64,000 nt of DNA from Coriobacteriaceae bacterium (GCA_004557505.1 SFGZ01000004.1:23866-87865); one strand, 5' to 3'. Positions 1 to 9,290 are shown, numbered from the stretch's first letter. The notes: generated from the sequence alone by a model not told the origin. Program-made: numbers and translations.

Positions 1-446
1 TGCGCATGCGGCCCGACCGGATCGTGGTCGGCGAGGTCCGTGGCGAGGAGTGCGTCGACATGCTCGCCGCCATGACAACGGGTCACGACGGGTCCATGAC
101 CACGCTACACGCCGGGACCGCCGAGGAGGCCGTGCTTCGCCTGGTGCTTATGGCGCGCTTTGGGATGGACCTTCCCGCCGACATCATCGAAGAGCAGATC
201 GCCTCGGCGCTCGACCTCATCGTGATGTCGCGAAGGGCGCCGGACGGGGCGCGGTTCATCACCACGACCCACGAGGTGGGGTGGTCGGGCAAGGCAAGGG
301 CGGTGGATCTTGTCGAGTGCGTCTCGTTTGACGTGGCCGGCGGGACCTGGGCGCTTGTCCACGAGCCGACATTCGTGGAGCGAGGGATCCGTGACGGAGT
401 TCTCGACGAAGGCGAGGTGGAGCGATGGAGGTCTTCCTTCCGCTGA
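1..446 (+). CDS. tadA: Tad/Flp pilus secretion ATPase TadA/CpaF, C-terminal fragment (5' end outside window)
   Basis: The reading frame of ORF 6..446 is open to the window edge. RPDRIVVGEVRGEE and TGHDGSMTTLHA match the Asp-box and His-box regions of VirB11/CpaF-type ATPases. It lies directly upstream of tadB-tadC-flp. Confidence 0.85.
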   Translation, partial: RMRPDRIVVGEVRGEECVDMLAAMTTGHDGSMTTLHAGTAEEAVLRLVLMARFGMDLPADIIEEQIASALDLIVMSRRAPDGARFITTTHEVGWSGKARAVDLVECVSFDVAGGTWALVHEPTFVERGIRDGVLDEGEVERWRSSFR

Positions 447-1366
447 TGGCGGCCGCGTGTTCGTTTGCGGCGGCGCGCGTGCTCGTCGCGAGCGGGGAGC
501 GGGGCGCAATGACCCTGGCGTCGCGGGCGCTGCGCTCGTGCGAGCGCTGGGCCGCCCGGCGCCTCGAGTCCCTGGGGCGCAGCGGGGTGGTCGCCGCGCT
601 TCTCGAAAGCGGGGACTGGCGGCAGGCGTCCGACGCCCTCGCCTCGCTGCCGCATGAGGGCAGGCCGGCCCTGCGCAGGGAGACCGCCTGCGCCGCGCTG
701 CTCGCCGCCGGCACGGGGATCGTCTGCGTGGGAGGGCTTCTCTTCCTGTCGCCCGTCTCGGCGCTCGCCCTTGCCGCCTCGGAAAGGGCCGCGCTCGCCG
801 CGTGGCGCTCCTCGCGCGGCCGCCGCCGCAAGCGGGAGGTATCCCAGGAGATGCCTGGTGTGTTCCGAACCCTCTCCGTGGCGCTTGGGGCAGGCCAGAC
901 CCTTGCCCAGGCAATCGAGTACGTGGGAACCCACGGTCGCGGTCCGGTCTCGGCGGGCTTTGCGTCCGCGTCGCTCGGGCTGCGCTGCGGCGCCTCCACC
1001 GAGGAGGTGCTCGAGTCGCTCTCTCGCAAGCTCGAGGCACCGGGGATGGGGCTTCTCACCACGGCGCTCGTGATCTCGCACAGGACGGGAAGCCCGCTGC
1101 GCGACCTACTCTCGCGCTCGGCGGCGCTCGTCGAGCGCCAGGGCGAGCTCGAGCGCGAGCTTGCGGTGAAGACCGCCCAGGTGAGGCTTTCTGCCCGCAT
1201 CGTGTGCAGTCTGCCGTTCCTTATGGTCACGCTGCTCGCCGTCATCTCCCCGGACTTCCAGCGGGGCCTCATCTCGCCCGTTGGCCTGGGCTGCGTTGCC
1301 CTGGCGGCCGCGCTTGACGCGCTTGCCGTCCTCGCGATCCGGAGGCTCATGAGGTCGGTGCTCTGA
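425..1366 (+). CDS. tadB: TadB-like type II secretion system F-family inner-membrane platform protein
   Basis: 313-aa protein with hydrophobic N- and C-terminal helices and a soluble middle part. Its start overlaps the tadA end by 22 nt. Its stop TGA 1364-1366 overlaps the next ATG at 1366. The position in the operon fits tadB. Confidence 0.7.
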   Translation: MEVFLPLMAAACSFAAARVLVASGERGAMTLASRALRSCERWAARRLESLGRSGVVAALLESGDWRQASDALASLPHEGRPALRRETACAALLAAGTGIVCVGGLLFLSPVSALALAASERAALAAWRSSRGRRRKREVSQEMPGVFRTLSVALGAGQTLAQAIEYVGTHGRGPVSAGFASASLGLRCGASTEEVLESLSRKLEAPGMGLLTTALVISHRTGSPLRDLLSRSAALVERQGELERELAVKTAQVRLSARIVCSLPFLMVTLLAVISPDFQRGLISPVGLGCVALAAALDALAVLAIRRLMRSVL

Positions 1367-2022
1367 TGGATGGCCTGGCGCTCGTTTTGGCAAGCGCGCT
1401 GTGCGCCGTCATCGCCGGGCTCCTGTGGATGGTCGGCGGAGACGGAGGCCCAGCGCGGCACGTGGTGCCCGGGCATGGCCTCGATCTGGTCGCCGCCGAT
1501 GCGTGCGCGGGGCTTCGCTCCATACCGGCCGTGCGCCAGGCCAGGGAGCGAGGCAGGCTCGCGCGTAGGAGGTCAGCCTGCCTGCGCGAGATGCCCTCGC
1601 TGATCGACGTCCTCACGCTGGGGCTCTCCGCTGGCCTCTCGTTCGACGCCTCGCTCTCGCTGTACTGCGACCGTTACCAGACGGAGCTTTCGAGGGCGTT
1701 TGCGGAGGCAATGCTCAGCTGGAGGATGGGCGTGAGGAGCAGGGAGGAGGCGCTCGAGGACATGGCTCGCGAACTGGGGGTTGGCGCGCTCGTGCGCTTC
1801 GCGACGGTGGTGGGTGAGTCGCTTGCCTTTGGGTCACCGCTTGCGCTGGCGCTCGAGGCTCAGGCGACGGCCATCCGCGACGAGCAGCGCGCGCAGGTGG
1901 AGGAGGAGATCGAGAAGGCGCCGGTCAAGATGCTCGTGCCCCTGGGGGTCCTCGTCGTGCCGGCGATGCTTCTCGCGATCTTGGGGCCGCTTCTCGCGTC
2001 GGTGGCCTCGTCTGGAAGGTAG
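1366..2022 (+). CDS. tadC: TadC-like type II secretion system F-family platform protein
   Basis: 218-aa membrane protein translationally coupled to tadB. It has a GspF-like soluble segment (LIDVLTLGLSAGLSF...) and a C-terminal TM helix, and it precedes flp. Confidence 0.7.
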   Translation: MDGLALVLASALCAVIAGLLWMVGGDGGPARHVVPGHGLDLVAADACAGLRSIPAVRQARERGRLARRRSACLREMPSLIDVLTLGLSAGLSFDASLSLYCDRYQTELSRAFAEAMLSWRMGVRSREEALEDMARELGVGALVRFATVVGESLAFGSPLALALEAQATAIRDEQRAQVEEEIEKAPVKMLVPLGVLVVPAMLLAILGPLLASVASSGR

Positions 2023-2061
2023 TCAAGGGCTTTCGAGGAAGCTTGGAGGAAGGAGCGTCAC

Positions 2062-2259
2062 ATGACATGGATGGGCGTCGTTCAGGAAGTGCGCAGGGCG
2101 GCCACAGACGTGCTCCGCGACGAGCGGGGGCAGGGCACCACGGAGTACGCGATTCTCGTAGGGGTGCTGGTGGTCATTGCCATCGTGTCGATCGTTGCGT
2201 TTCGGGAGCGCGTCTCGCAGCTGTGGGAGGCCATAGCAAACGGCATCAACTCCCTGTGA
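2062..2259 (+). CDS. flp: Flp-family type IVb/IVc prepilin
   Basis: 65 aa. It carries a G/XXXXEY processing motif (RGQG/TTEYAILVGVLVVIAIV) followed by a hydrophobic helix, and it sits right after tadC. Confidence 0.85.
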   Translation: MTWMGVVQEVRRAATDVLRDERGQGTTEYAILVGVLVVIAIVSIVAFRERVSQLWEAIANGINSL

Positions 2260-2750
2260 GAAGGGCTCGGGCAGTCCTTGGGGTGGCGGCCCTTGCATGT
2301 GCGGTGGCAATCGTCGCGGGCGTGCTGACGGCCGGCGGGGCATCCCCCGCGGGTACGGGCGGCCTGCCCCCGCCGGTGGATGCGCCCGCGACGGGGACTT
2401 CCGCCGGTGCCGTAGGTACCGGGGAGGCAGGAGGCGGGAAATCGGCACCTTCGGCAGGCGCGGCCGAGGCCGACGGGGGAGACGCGCGCCAACCCTCCGA
2501 CGCCGCGGGGGTGCCGGAGGCAGCGGCCGACCTCGTACGCGAGTACGAGCAACGTGGCGACTGCGTTCTTGTGAGGTCTGGCTACCTCGACCTCTCAGGC
2601 AGGGTCTGGAGCATGGTTGTGGAGGGATCGGGATGGGTCGACGTATGCATAGTCCAAAGCTCAGGCAACGGGACAGGCAAGGCCAAGGTCATGCATATGG
2701 ATGCCGCGGAGTGGGCGGCATCCCTGGGCGAGCTTGGGCTTGGTGGCTAG
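2256..2750 (+). CDS. Hypothetical single-pass membrane protein in the tad operon
   Basis: GTG 2256 overlaps the flp stop. This is the part of ORF 2043..2750 that does not collide with flp. The product has an Arg-rich N-terminus, one TM helix (AVLGVAALACAVAIVAGVL), an Ala/Gly/Pro linker and a ~70-aa C-terminal domain. No family was recognised. Confidence 0.5.
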   Translation: MRRARAVLGVAALACAVAIVAGVLTAGGASPAGTGGLPPPVDAPATGTSAGAVGTGEAGGGKSAPSAGAAEADGGDARQPSDAAGVPEAAADLVREYEQRGDCVLVRSGYLDLSGRVWSMVVEGSGWVDVCIVQSSGNGTGKAKVMHMDAAEWAASLGELGLGG

Positions 2751-2941
2751 GCGAGACATGCGGTCAGTCAACGCTCGAGTACGCGCTGGTGCTCATGGCG
2801 TTCCTCTCCATGATGGCCGCGTTGGGACTCGTCTGGCATTCCGCGCGCGACGGCACCCTCGTGCGTGTGGCGACGGATGCGGCGGCGCACCAGGCATCGG
2901 GCGAAGCGGTGCCCTGGCTCCAGGACCTTCTGGGGTTTTGA
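2711..2941 (+). CDS. Second Flp-like prepilin / pseudopilin
   Basis: Lies inside ORF 2297..2941. It contains ETCG/QSTLEYALVLMAFLSMMAALGLVW, a second G/XXXXEY motif plus a hydrophobic helix. The start is uncertain: GTG 2711 was chosen and ATG 2633 is the alternative. Confidence 0.5.
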   Translation: MGGIPGRAWAWWLGETCGQSTLEYALVLMAFLSMMAALGLVWHSARDGTLVRVATDAAAHQASGEAVPWLQDLLGF

Positions 2942-2942
2942 G

Positions 2943-3434
2943 ATGGGCTGCGGGCGGCGGCATGCGGGATGCGCTCGAGAGGCGGGCCAGGCGACCGTCG
3001 AGGCGGCGGTCCTTCTCCCGGTCGTGATGGTCGTGCTCGCGCTCCTCCTCCAGCCGGCGATGCTCCTCTACACGAGGGCGGTCATGAGCGGGGCTGTGGC
3101 AGAGGGGGCCAGGCTCGCCGCGACCGCCTCGCATGGCGAGGTGGAGTCTCTCGTGGGCGGCTATGTGAGGAGAAGGCTCAAGGCGGTGCCAAATGCTGTG
3201 TGCTTTCACGAGGGAGGCAGCGAGGCCTGGGACGTTGCCGTCGAGCAGGACGGGGGTCGCGTTCGCGTTGTGGTTAGGGGCAGGGCCCGACCGCTGCCCC
3301 TGGTTGGGGTGACGGCGGGCCTGGTTGGCCAGATGGACGGAGGGAGCGTGCTTCTCTCGGCCATGGTCGAGCGGGACATGCGTGCCGAGTGGGTTGAGGG
3401 GGACTATGATGACTGGATTGCCGCGTGGGGCTGA
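2943..3434 (+). CDS. TadE-like pseudopilin
   Basis: Starts at ATG 2943, trimmed from ORF 2865..3434. The N-terminus AREAGQATVEAAVLLPVVMVVLALLLQP is the TadE/TadF-type motif plus TM helix. Confidence 0.7.
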   Translation: MGCGRRHAGCAREAGQATVEAAVLLPVVMVVLALLLQPAMLLYTRAVMSGAVAEGARLAATASHGEVESLVGGYVRRRLKAVPNAVCFHEGGSEAWDVAVEQDGGRVRVVVRGRARPLPLVGVTAGLVGQMDGGSVLLSAMVERDMRAEWVEGDYDDWIAAWG

Positions 3435-5502
3435 TGGCACGGCCCCTGCCGAGGGAGCGCGTCCGGGCAGGTTGCGCCCGGGCCTCTCGCTCTTTTTGGA
3501 CGACGAGGGAGGCTACACCACGGTGGCCGTGGCGGTTGCCCTGCTCGTGAGCATCTCGCTGGTCTTTGCGGCGGCGTCGGCGGAGTGGGTGATGGCGCGC
3601 TCGTTCGAGGTCCAGCCCGTGGCGGACGCGGCGGCGATGGCAGGGTCAAACTCCGTCGCCGCCTACGTCACCATTGCGCGGGTGCTTGACGCATGCGTGC
3701 TCAGCCTGGGGATTCTTGGCGTGACGATCTTCGGGGCGGGGCTCGTGCTCTCGTGCATACCCGCTGCGGGGGCCTTTGGGGTAAGCGTCTGCGACGCGGG
3801 GAGGGGGATCCTCGACGCCAGACGGGACTTCGCCGGGAGCGCGACAGAGGGGCTTGAGCGCCTGGAGGGGGCCTTGCCCGCGGTCGTGGTCGCCAACTCC
3901 GCTGCCTGCGTCGCGGAGAACGCCCGCGCGCAGGGGCTGCCGTACGTCGGCTGCGCGGTGCCGTTCCCCACGGAATCCCAATCGGACTTCTCGTCACTTG
4001 CCTCCGAGCTGTCCTCTGATGAGATGGAGAGGGATGCCGAGGAGCTGCGGGATCTTGCACAGCGGGCGGGCGAGGCCAAGGCCCAGGCCGACGAGGCGCG
4101 TCTGCGCGGATGGACGGCGGACTGCGGGGACGCCCCCTACTGCCTGGAAGAGCGCGCCGCCACGCTCGCTGGCCTCTCTGGCGAGGAGAACCCCCATTAC
4201 CCAGGCGTGGACGGATGGGGGTTTGGCGTTGCCCTCCTGCGGGCCCGCGCCTACTACGCTGCCCGCTCGGCACGGGAGAGGCCGCTGGACGCATCGGTGG
4301 ATGAGCTCACGAACTCCGCGGCCCGCGCCGCCTTCTACGACTTTGCGCTTGGACGGGTGCGCAGCGGGACCTACGAGGAGCACGAGGACGGGTCGGTCGA
4401 CATCGACCTGCCGAGCCTTCCGCATAACGCCGAGGAGACAAGGGCCTGTAGCCTCTACACCGATGACCTCTGGCCATGCAGCTCGGAGGATTCGGGGACG
4501 GTCCTTCATGCCTCGCCTTCGTGTCCTGCGGCAACGGGTGCCTCTGCCGGCAGAGCCTCCCTCCTGGACCTGGATGAGGGTGTGGTCACGAGGTGCGAGA
4601 CCTGCCGCATGGACCTGTCTGCCATGGGCGAGGTGGCCGCGGCCTCAACGTCCACGTCGAACGGCTTCGAGCACTACTGGCGCGAGATCGTGGAGGCGTC
4701 GGAGGACTACGAGAGCGCCCGAAACCGGCAGGCGGAGGCCGAGGGGGCCCTGAGGGACAAGGCGGACGGCGCACGCGGTTCGTTCGAGCGCGCCATGGAC
4801 CAGCTCTCGGTCGTGCGGCCGCGCATCTGTCCGCCTGGGGCCTGGGGCTGCGTCGCCGTTGTCTCGAGGACGCAGGCGACAACCATTCCCACGGAGCTCA
4901 CGGCGTCGTTTCTGTCCTCGGGCGAGCTTCCGGCGGGCGCCGCGGTCTCGGCGGCCGCGCTCGCGCCGGATGCGTCGACGGCCGAGAACAACGTGTTGGC
5001 CAGCTTCTTCGACGGCGTCACCTCCCAAGGGGCGGGATCTGTCCTGGGTGGTGCCCTTGACGGGGTCTGCGAGCTTTGGGGACGGCTGCTTGTGGGATAT
5101 GGCTCAAGGTACGAGTCGGTCTCGTCCTCGGTGGCGGGTTTCCTGGATAGGGTCGACGGCATCTTTGGGGGGACCGTGGGGTCGTGGCTGCGCGGCAAAC
5201 TCAAGGAGACGGTCAGCGCCTGCGGCTTCGAGCCGGTGGACATGAGGCTCATGAAGCCCGTGCTGGCCGGATGGACGCGCGTGCTCGGCCAGTCCGGCTA
5301 TGACGCGGCGGGGAAGGCGCGACAGATGGTGGAGGCGCTGCCCTCCGGGGCAAGCTCGTACGACCTCGCCAAGACGCTTGGCGTATGGGCAGCGGACTCC
5401 CTCGGCTACGGCGAGATCACCGTGGCAGAGCTCCAGATACCGGGGACGGACATCAAGGTTCCCCTCACCATCAGGCTCGATAGCCTCTTGGGGGCATCAT
5501 GA
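3406..5502 (+). CDS. Large TadG-like pilus-associated membrane protein (about 698 aa)
   Basis: ATG 3406 is preceded by GAGGGGG, trimmed from ORF 3325..5502. The N-terminus DDEGGYTTVAVAVALLVSISLVF is TadE/G-like, followed by two more hydrophobic helices and a long extracytoplasmic region with several Cys pairs. It is embedded between two TadE-like genes. Confidence 0.6.
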   Translation: MMTGLPRGADGTAPAEGARPGRLRPGLSLFLDDEGGYTTVAVAVALLVSISLVFAAASAEWVMARSFEVQPVADAAAMAGSNSVAAYVTIARVLDACVLSLGILGVTIFGAGLVLSCIPAAGAFGVSVCDAGRGILDARRDFAGSATEGLERLEGALPAVVVANSAACVAENARAQGLPYVGCAVPFPTESQSDFSSLASELSSDEMERDAEELRDLAQRAGEAKAQADEARLRGWTADCGDAPYCLEERAATLAGLSGEENPHYPGVDGWGFGVALLRARAYYAARSARERPLDASVDELTNSAARAAFYDFALGRVRSGTYEEHEDGSVDIDLPSLPHNAEETRACSLYTDDLWPCSSEDSGTVLHASPSCPAATGASAGRASLLDLDEGVVTRCETCRMDLSAMGEVAAASTSTSNGFEHYWREIVEASEDYESARNRQAEAEGALRDKADGARGSFERAMDQLSVVRPRICPPGAWGCVAVVSRTQATTIPTELTASFLSSGELPAGAAVSAAALAPDASTAENNVLASFFDGVTSQGAGSVLGGALDGVCELWGRLLVGYGSRYESVSSSVAGFLDRVDGIFGGTVGSWLRGKLKETVSACGFEPVDMRLMKPVLAGWTRVLGQSGYDAAGKARQMVEALPSGASSYDLAKTLGVWAADSLGYGEITVAELQIPGTDIKVPLTIRLDSLLGAS

Positions 5503-6005
5503 GCGGGGCTGGGGGCGCCACGCCCGTCCGGCTGCGAGCCGGCAAGGCCCCATGCGGGCAGTCGGGGCAGATGACCGTGGAGCTTGCCGTGCTCGTGCCC
5601 GTGGTCATCGTGGTCGCCCTGATCGTGGTGAACCTCATGGAGTTCGTGGACGCTTGCGCCGCGTTTGACCGCCTGAGCCTGGATGGGGTCATCGCCGAGG
5701 GCGTGTCTCCCGCAGGCGAGCAGAGCGTGACGGCCTCTGTCGCGGCGGTGGAGGACGGGCTGCGCGCCGCGCTTGGCCGAGAGGGGACCTGCGACGTGGA
5801 GGTGAGGGCAGAGCGCGTCTCGGCGGAGGAGGGAGGGCGGCTGCTCTCCGTGTCACCCCTCCTCACGCGGTATACCTGCACGCTGGTGTTCAGGCCGTGG
5901 CCCAGGGAGCTTCGCCTTCCGGGCATCACGTACGCCGCGCCGCTCGAGCTGAGGCACGAGCGGACGCTTGTCATTGATAGGTACCGACCGGGGGTGGTGG
6001 TCTGA
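5499..6005 (+). CDS. TadE-like pseudopilin
   Basis: The ATG overlaps the upstream stop (ATGA). The N-terminus CGQSGQMTVELAVLVPVVIVVALIVV is the TadE-type motif. Confidence 0.7.
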   Translation: MSGAGGATPVRLRAGKAPCGQSGQMTVELAVLVPVVIVVALIVVNLMEFVDACAAFDRLSLDGVIAEGVSPAGEQSVTASVAAVEDGLRAALGREGTCDVEVRAERVSAEEGGRLLSVSPLLTRYTCTLVFRPWPRELRLPGITYAAPLELRHERTLVIDRYRPGVVV

Positions 6006-6427
6006 TGAGATGGATGTGCGTCCAGATAGAGAGCAAGGTGGTTGAGCAGGGGTCTCCCACGCTGGGGTTCAGGGTTCTCTCGTCGTGGGCCGAGAGGCTT
6101 GTGGGCCTTCTCGGCACCGGTCCCTCCGCCCCGCCCGTGGCGCTCATGAGGTGTGGCTCCATTCACACGTACGGCATGGCGTATCCCATCGACGTCGCGC
6201 TTGTGGGCAGGCACGGAGAGGTGCTCTCCTCCGTGCGGGCGTTGCCCCCGGGGCGCATCCTCTCCCATGCCGCGGCGTATTGCGCCTTTGAGCGCCCCGC
6301 CAGCCCATGTCCGTGGCCCCTGGTGGGGGAAGCGCTGCGCGTGACCTCGCTCTCGTTTGACTCGGATCGGGCGGCGCAACCGTGCGCCGTGCTCCCCGAC
6401 CCCGTGGGGGAGGCGGTTGGACCATGA
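6005..6427 (+). CDS. DUF192 (UPF0127)-like protein
   Basis: The start overlaps the upstream stop. ERLVGLLG...CGSIHTYGMAYPIDVALVGRHGEV resembles the conserved GLxG / HTxGM / PIDV block that I recall for DUF192. Confidence 0.6.
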   Translation: MRWMCVQIESKVVEQGSPTLGFRVLSSWAERLVGLLGTGPSAPPVALMRCGSIHTYGMAYPIDVALVGRHGEVLSSVRALPPGRILSHAAAYCAFERPASPCPWPLVGEALRVTSLSFDSDRAAQPCAVLPDPVGEAVGP

Positions 6428-7053
6428 GGGGATATGCGACCAAGGTGTGCCCCCGTTGCGGAGAGGAGCTCTTTGCCGACATGCGGGTCTGCTACGGCTG
6501 CCTCTACGAGTTTCCCGCAGGGGGGAAAGGCGTGGCGGTGCCGGTCGGCGAGGCCTCTGCGGCAGGGGACGAGGAGCTTGCTGCGGGGGATGAGGGCCTG
6601 CCCGAGCTCAGGGAGGACGAACCGTTCCTGTGGGATGCGGGCCTGCCGCCTGCGGAGCCGACTTGGGAGGACGACACGCTTGACCTGTCAGACGTTGGCG
6701 AGGCGCCCGGCGTCGGCATCGCTCACGACAGGGGCGTCCGGCCGTCTCGCGAGATCCTCTGCCTGGTGCGCACGCCCTCCGTGGACGTGAGGCTGCCCAT
6801 ACCCGAGGAAGGTCTCGTCGTGGGTCGCGACCCGGCAAGCGACGTCGTCCTCCATTCGCGTGCCGTGTCCCGCTCGCACGTGCGAATACTGCCCGCTGCG
6901 GAGGGTGGGGAGGGCATGCGCGTCGTCGACCTGGGCGCCACCAATCCCGCCATGTATCGCGGAAGGGAGGTGAGAGGGGAGGCCCTCGTTCCCCCCGGCT
7001 GGACGGTCTCCGTCTGCGGTGCATTCGTCACGCCGATATGGTCCAAACCCTGA
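6424..7053 (+). CDS. Zinc-ribbon plus FHA-domain protein
   Basis: ATG 6424 overlaps the DUF192 stop (ATGA). The N-terminus CPRCGEELFADMRVCYGC is a CxxC...CxxC ribbon. The C-terminus LVVGRDPASDVVLHSRAVSRSHVRI...VDLGATNPAMYRG is an FHA core. Confidence 0.75.
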   Translation: MRGYATKVCPRCGEELFADMRVCYGCLYEFPAGGKGVAVPVGEASAAGDEELAAGDEGLPELREDEPFLWDAGLPPAEPTWEDDTLDLSDVGEAPGVGIAHDRGVRPSREILCLVRTPSVDVRLPIPEEGLVVGRDPASDVVLHSRAVSRSHVRILPAAEGGEGMRVVDLGATNPAMYRGREVRGEALVPPGWTVSVCGAFVTPIWSKP

Positions 7054-7120
7054 TCCGTGCTCTGGTATTCTGGGATCGCGATGCCACAAGATCTTTTGCA
7101 ACCATGCATTGGGGGATCCT

Positions 7121-9130
7121 ATGAGAGAACGGCACCATGCTTGTGCCCCAAGGCGTCATCGGCTGGCGCTTCTAGCGCTTTCGCTGCTGGCAGCTCTTCT
7201 CGTCCTGGTGTTCGACGCTACCCCGGCGCGCGCCGATGACTACAGCATGACGCAGACGGACATCAACGCCACGCTTGACTCGTCGGGCGGCCTCACCGTG
7301 ACCGAGGTGCGTGCGTTCGACTTCAGCGGCGACTTCCATGGCGTCTACTGGAAGATCCCCAAGGGGAAGAACGGCTCCAACGGCCGCACGGTGAGCGTGC
7401 AGGTGCTTGGTGCCGGCGTGGTGGAGGATGGGCAGACGAGGCCGTTCACGGAGTCTTCCTCGGGTGCAAACGAGACCTACTCCATTATGGACGAGGGCTC
7501 CTACCTGCGGGTGAAGCTCTATTCTGCCCAAAGTGACACGGTGGCGCGCTTCTATGTCTCCTACCTTGCCGACGGCATCGCCACGCGATGGTCCGATACG
7601 GGCGAGCTGTACTGGAAGTTCGTCTCGGACGGCTGGGACACCGAGTCCGAGAACGTCACCTGCACCATCCACCTGCCGGTGCCTGATGGCGAGTCGATTG
7701 TGGGCGGGGACAACGTCCGCGCCTGGGGGCACGGCCCCCTGGACGCAAGCTTGGGATTCGACGGGGATGGCGTCGTCTATACCGTCCCCGGCGTTGGCAC
7801 CAGCGAGTATGCCGAGAGCCGCGTCACCTTCCCGGCGAGCTGGGTCTCCGCCTGCCCCGAGACCTCGGGTACCATGCTGAGCACCATCCTCGCGGAGGAG
7901 CAGCGGAACGCAGACGAGGCAAACGCACGCCGCGCCGCAGCGCGCGTGGCCGTATACGGGGTCACGGCAGGCTGCCTTGTCGTTGCCGCGGCGGCGCTTG
8001 TGGCCGCCGTGATTGCAAGGCGCAGGTACAAGGCCAAGCACACGGCGCAGTTCGATGACACGTACTTCCGCGACGTTCCTACGGGGGACCATCCGGTGGT
8101 CCTGGCGCTGCTCGCCTCCGACAATGACGAGCCAAGGCCAGACGGCCTCGTGGCGTCGCTCATGCGCCTCACTGACGAGCACACCGTCCAGCTGGACAAG
8201 GTCAAGGTGAGCAAGAAGAAGATATTCGGGTCGGAGCTGAAGGACGACTACCGGGCATCGATCGTGGGGCCCGTTCCGCAAGGGACGTTTGGCAAGCCCG
8301 CCGAGCGTGAGTCCGCGCGCCGTGCAGACAACGCTGCGGTCGACTTCCTCTTCCGCCACCTTGCCCGTGGGATCAAGGCGCCTAATGACCCCTCGTATAC
8401 GGGTGACGAGCCGGCCCTTTACTTCTCTGCCATCAAGAAGTATGCAAAGTCCTCGCCCGAGGCGTACTCCGACGCCTACCAGGCATGGCAGTCCTCGATC
8501 AAGGCGGAATACCTTCGGCGCTTCTCTGGCAACGGCTCCCTCAGGGGGACGGGCCGCGGCGTAGCTGTCGGGCTTGGCGCGCTCTCCGTCCTCGCAGCCG
8601 TCGTGGAGCTGTTTGTCGTCGGGGTTATATTCGAAGGAATCCTGCTCGCCGTTGGCGTCACTGCCATCTGCGTGGCCTGCGCCGTTCTCTCGCTGTGCCT
8701 GGTAGGCGGTGGGTTCTTCAAGGACATCAGCGCCGAGGGCATTGAGACCAAGGCCAAGGTCCTTGCCCTCAAGCGCTGGCTCCAGGAGTTCACCCGCCTC
8801 GACGAGGCGGTGCCGAGCGACGTCATCCTCTGGAACCGCCTCCTGGTGATGGCGGTGGCCCTTGGCGTTGCGGACAAGGTCATCGAGCAGCTCAAGGTCA
8901 CGATGCCCGAGCTCATCGACGATCCGGACTTCATGCCAGTCTATGGCTGGTACTACATTGGCCAGTCGGGCGGGGGCTCCCCCGCAGACGTCTTCAGCGG
9001 CGCCCTCCACGACGCCTCGATGGCGGCGGTCGCCAACTCGGTCGACGCCAGCGGCGGTGGCGGCGGTGGCGGCTTCTCCTCCGGCGGCGGGGGCGGCTTT
9101 GGCGGGGGCGGGGGCGGCGGCGCCTTCTGA
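7121..9130 (+). CDS. DUF2207-like membrane protein with C-terminal poly-Gly tail
   Basis: ATG 7121 follows GGGGGA. It has a signal/TM segment (LALLALSLLAALLVLV) and an extracellular beta-rich N-domain (TQTDINATLDSSGGLTVTEVRAFDFSGDFHGVYWKIP). Several TM helices follow, then the tail GGGGGGGFSSGGGGGFGGGGGGGAF, as in DUF2207 proteins. Confidence 0.7.
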   Translation: MRERHHACAPRRHRLALLALSLLAALLVLVFDATPARADDYSMTQTDINATLDSSGGLTVTEVRAFDFSGDFHGVYWKIPKGKNGSNGRTVSVQVLGAGVVEDGQTRPFTESSSGANETYSIMDEGSYLRVKLYSAQSDTVARFYVSYLADGIATRWSDTGELYWKFVSDGWDTESENVTCTIHLPVPDGESIVGGDNVRAWGHGPLDASLGFDGDGVVYTVPGVGTSEYAESRVTFPASWVSACPETSGTMLSTILAEEQRNADEANARRAAARVAVYGVTAGCLVVAAAALVAAVIARRRYKAKHTAQFDDTYFRDVPTGDHPVVLALLASDNDEPRPDGLVASLMRLTDEHTVQLDKVKVSKKKIFGSELKDDYRASIVGPVPQGTFGKPAERESARRADNAAVDFLFRHLARGIKAPNDPSYTGDEPALYFSAIKKYAKSSPEAYSDAYQAWQSSIKAEYLRRFSGNGSLRGTGRGVAVGLGALSVLAAVVELFVVGVIFEGILLAVGVTAICVACAVLSLCLVGGGFFKDISAEGIETKAKVLALKRWLQEFTRLDEAVPSDVILWNRLLVMAVALGVADKVIEQLKVTMPELIDDPDFMPVYGWYYIGQSGGGSPADVFSGALHDASMAAVANSVDASGGGGGGGFSSGGGGGFGGGGGGGAF

Positions 9131-9290
9131 CGTCGGGCCAAGCAGGGTCGTGGTTTCCGGCATCCGACGAACGGCCGGGTCCCTCACGCGCAGCCGAGCC
9201 CCGCGCCCGCGCGACTTTGTGGTTCTCTCATCGCATGGCCACGAAGTCCCCTGGAATCGAATATCATCAGAGCGGACTATGCAAGCTCTG

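Noticed and set aside
2043-2255. Upstream part of ORF 2043..2750 (and of ORFs 2297.., 2865.., 3325..) as coding sequence
   Set aside because: These extensions overlap the clearly real flp and neighbouring genes in other frames and translate to Arg/Gly-rich junk. The starts were trimmed to positions adjacent to the upstream stop codons with recognisable N-terminal motifs.
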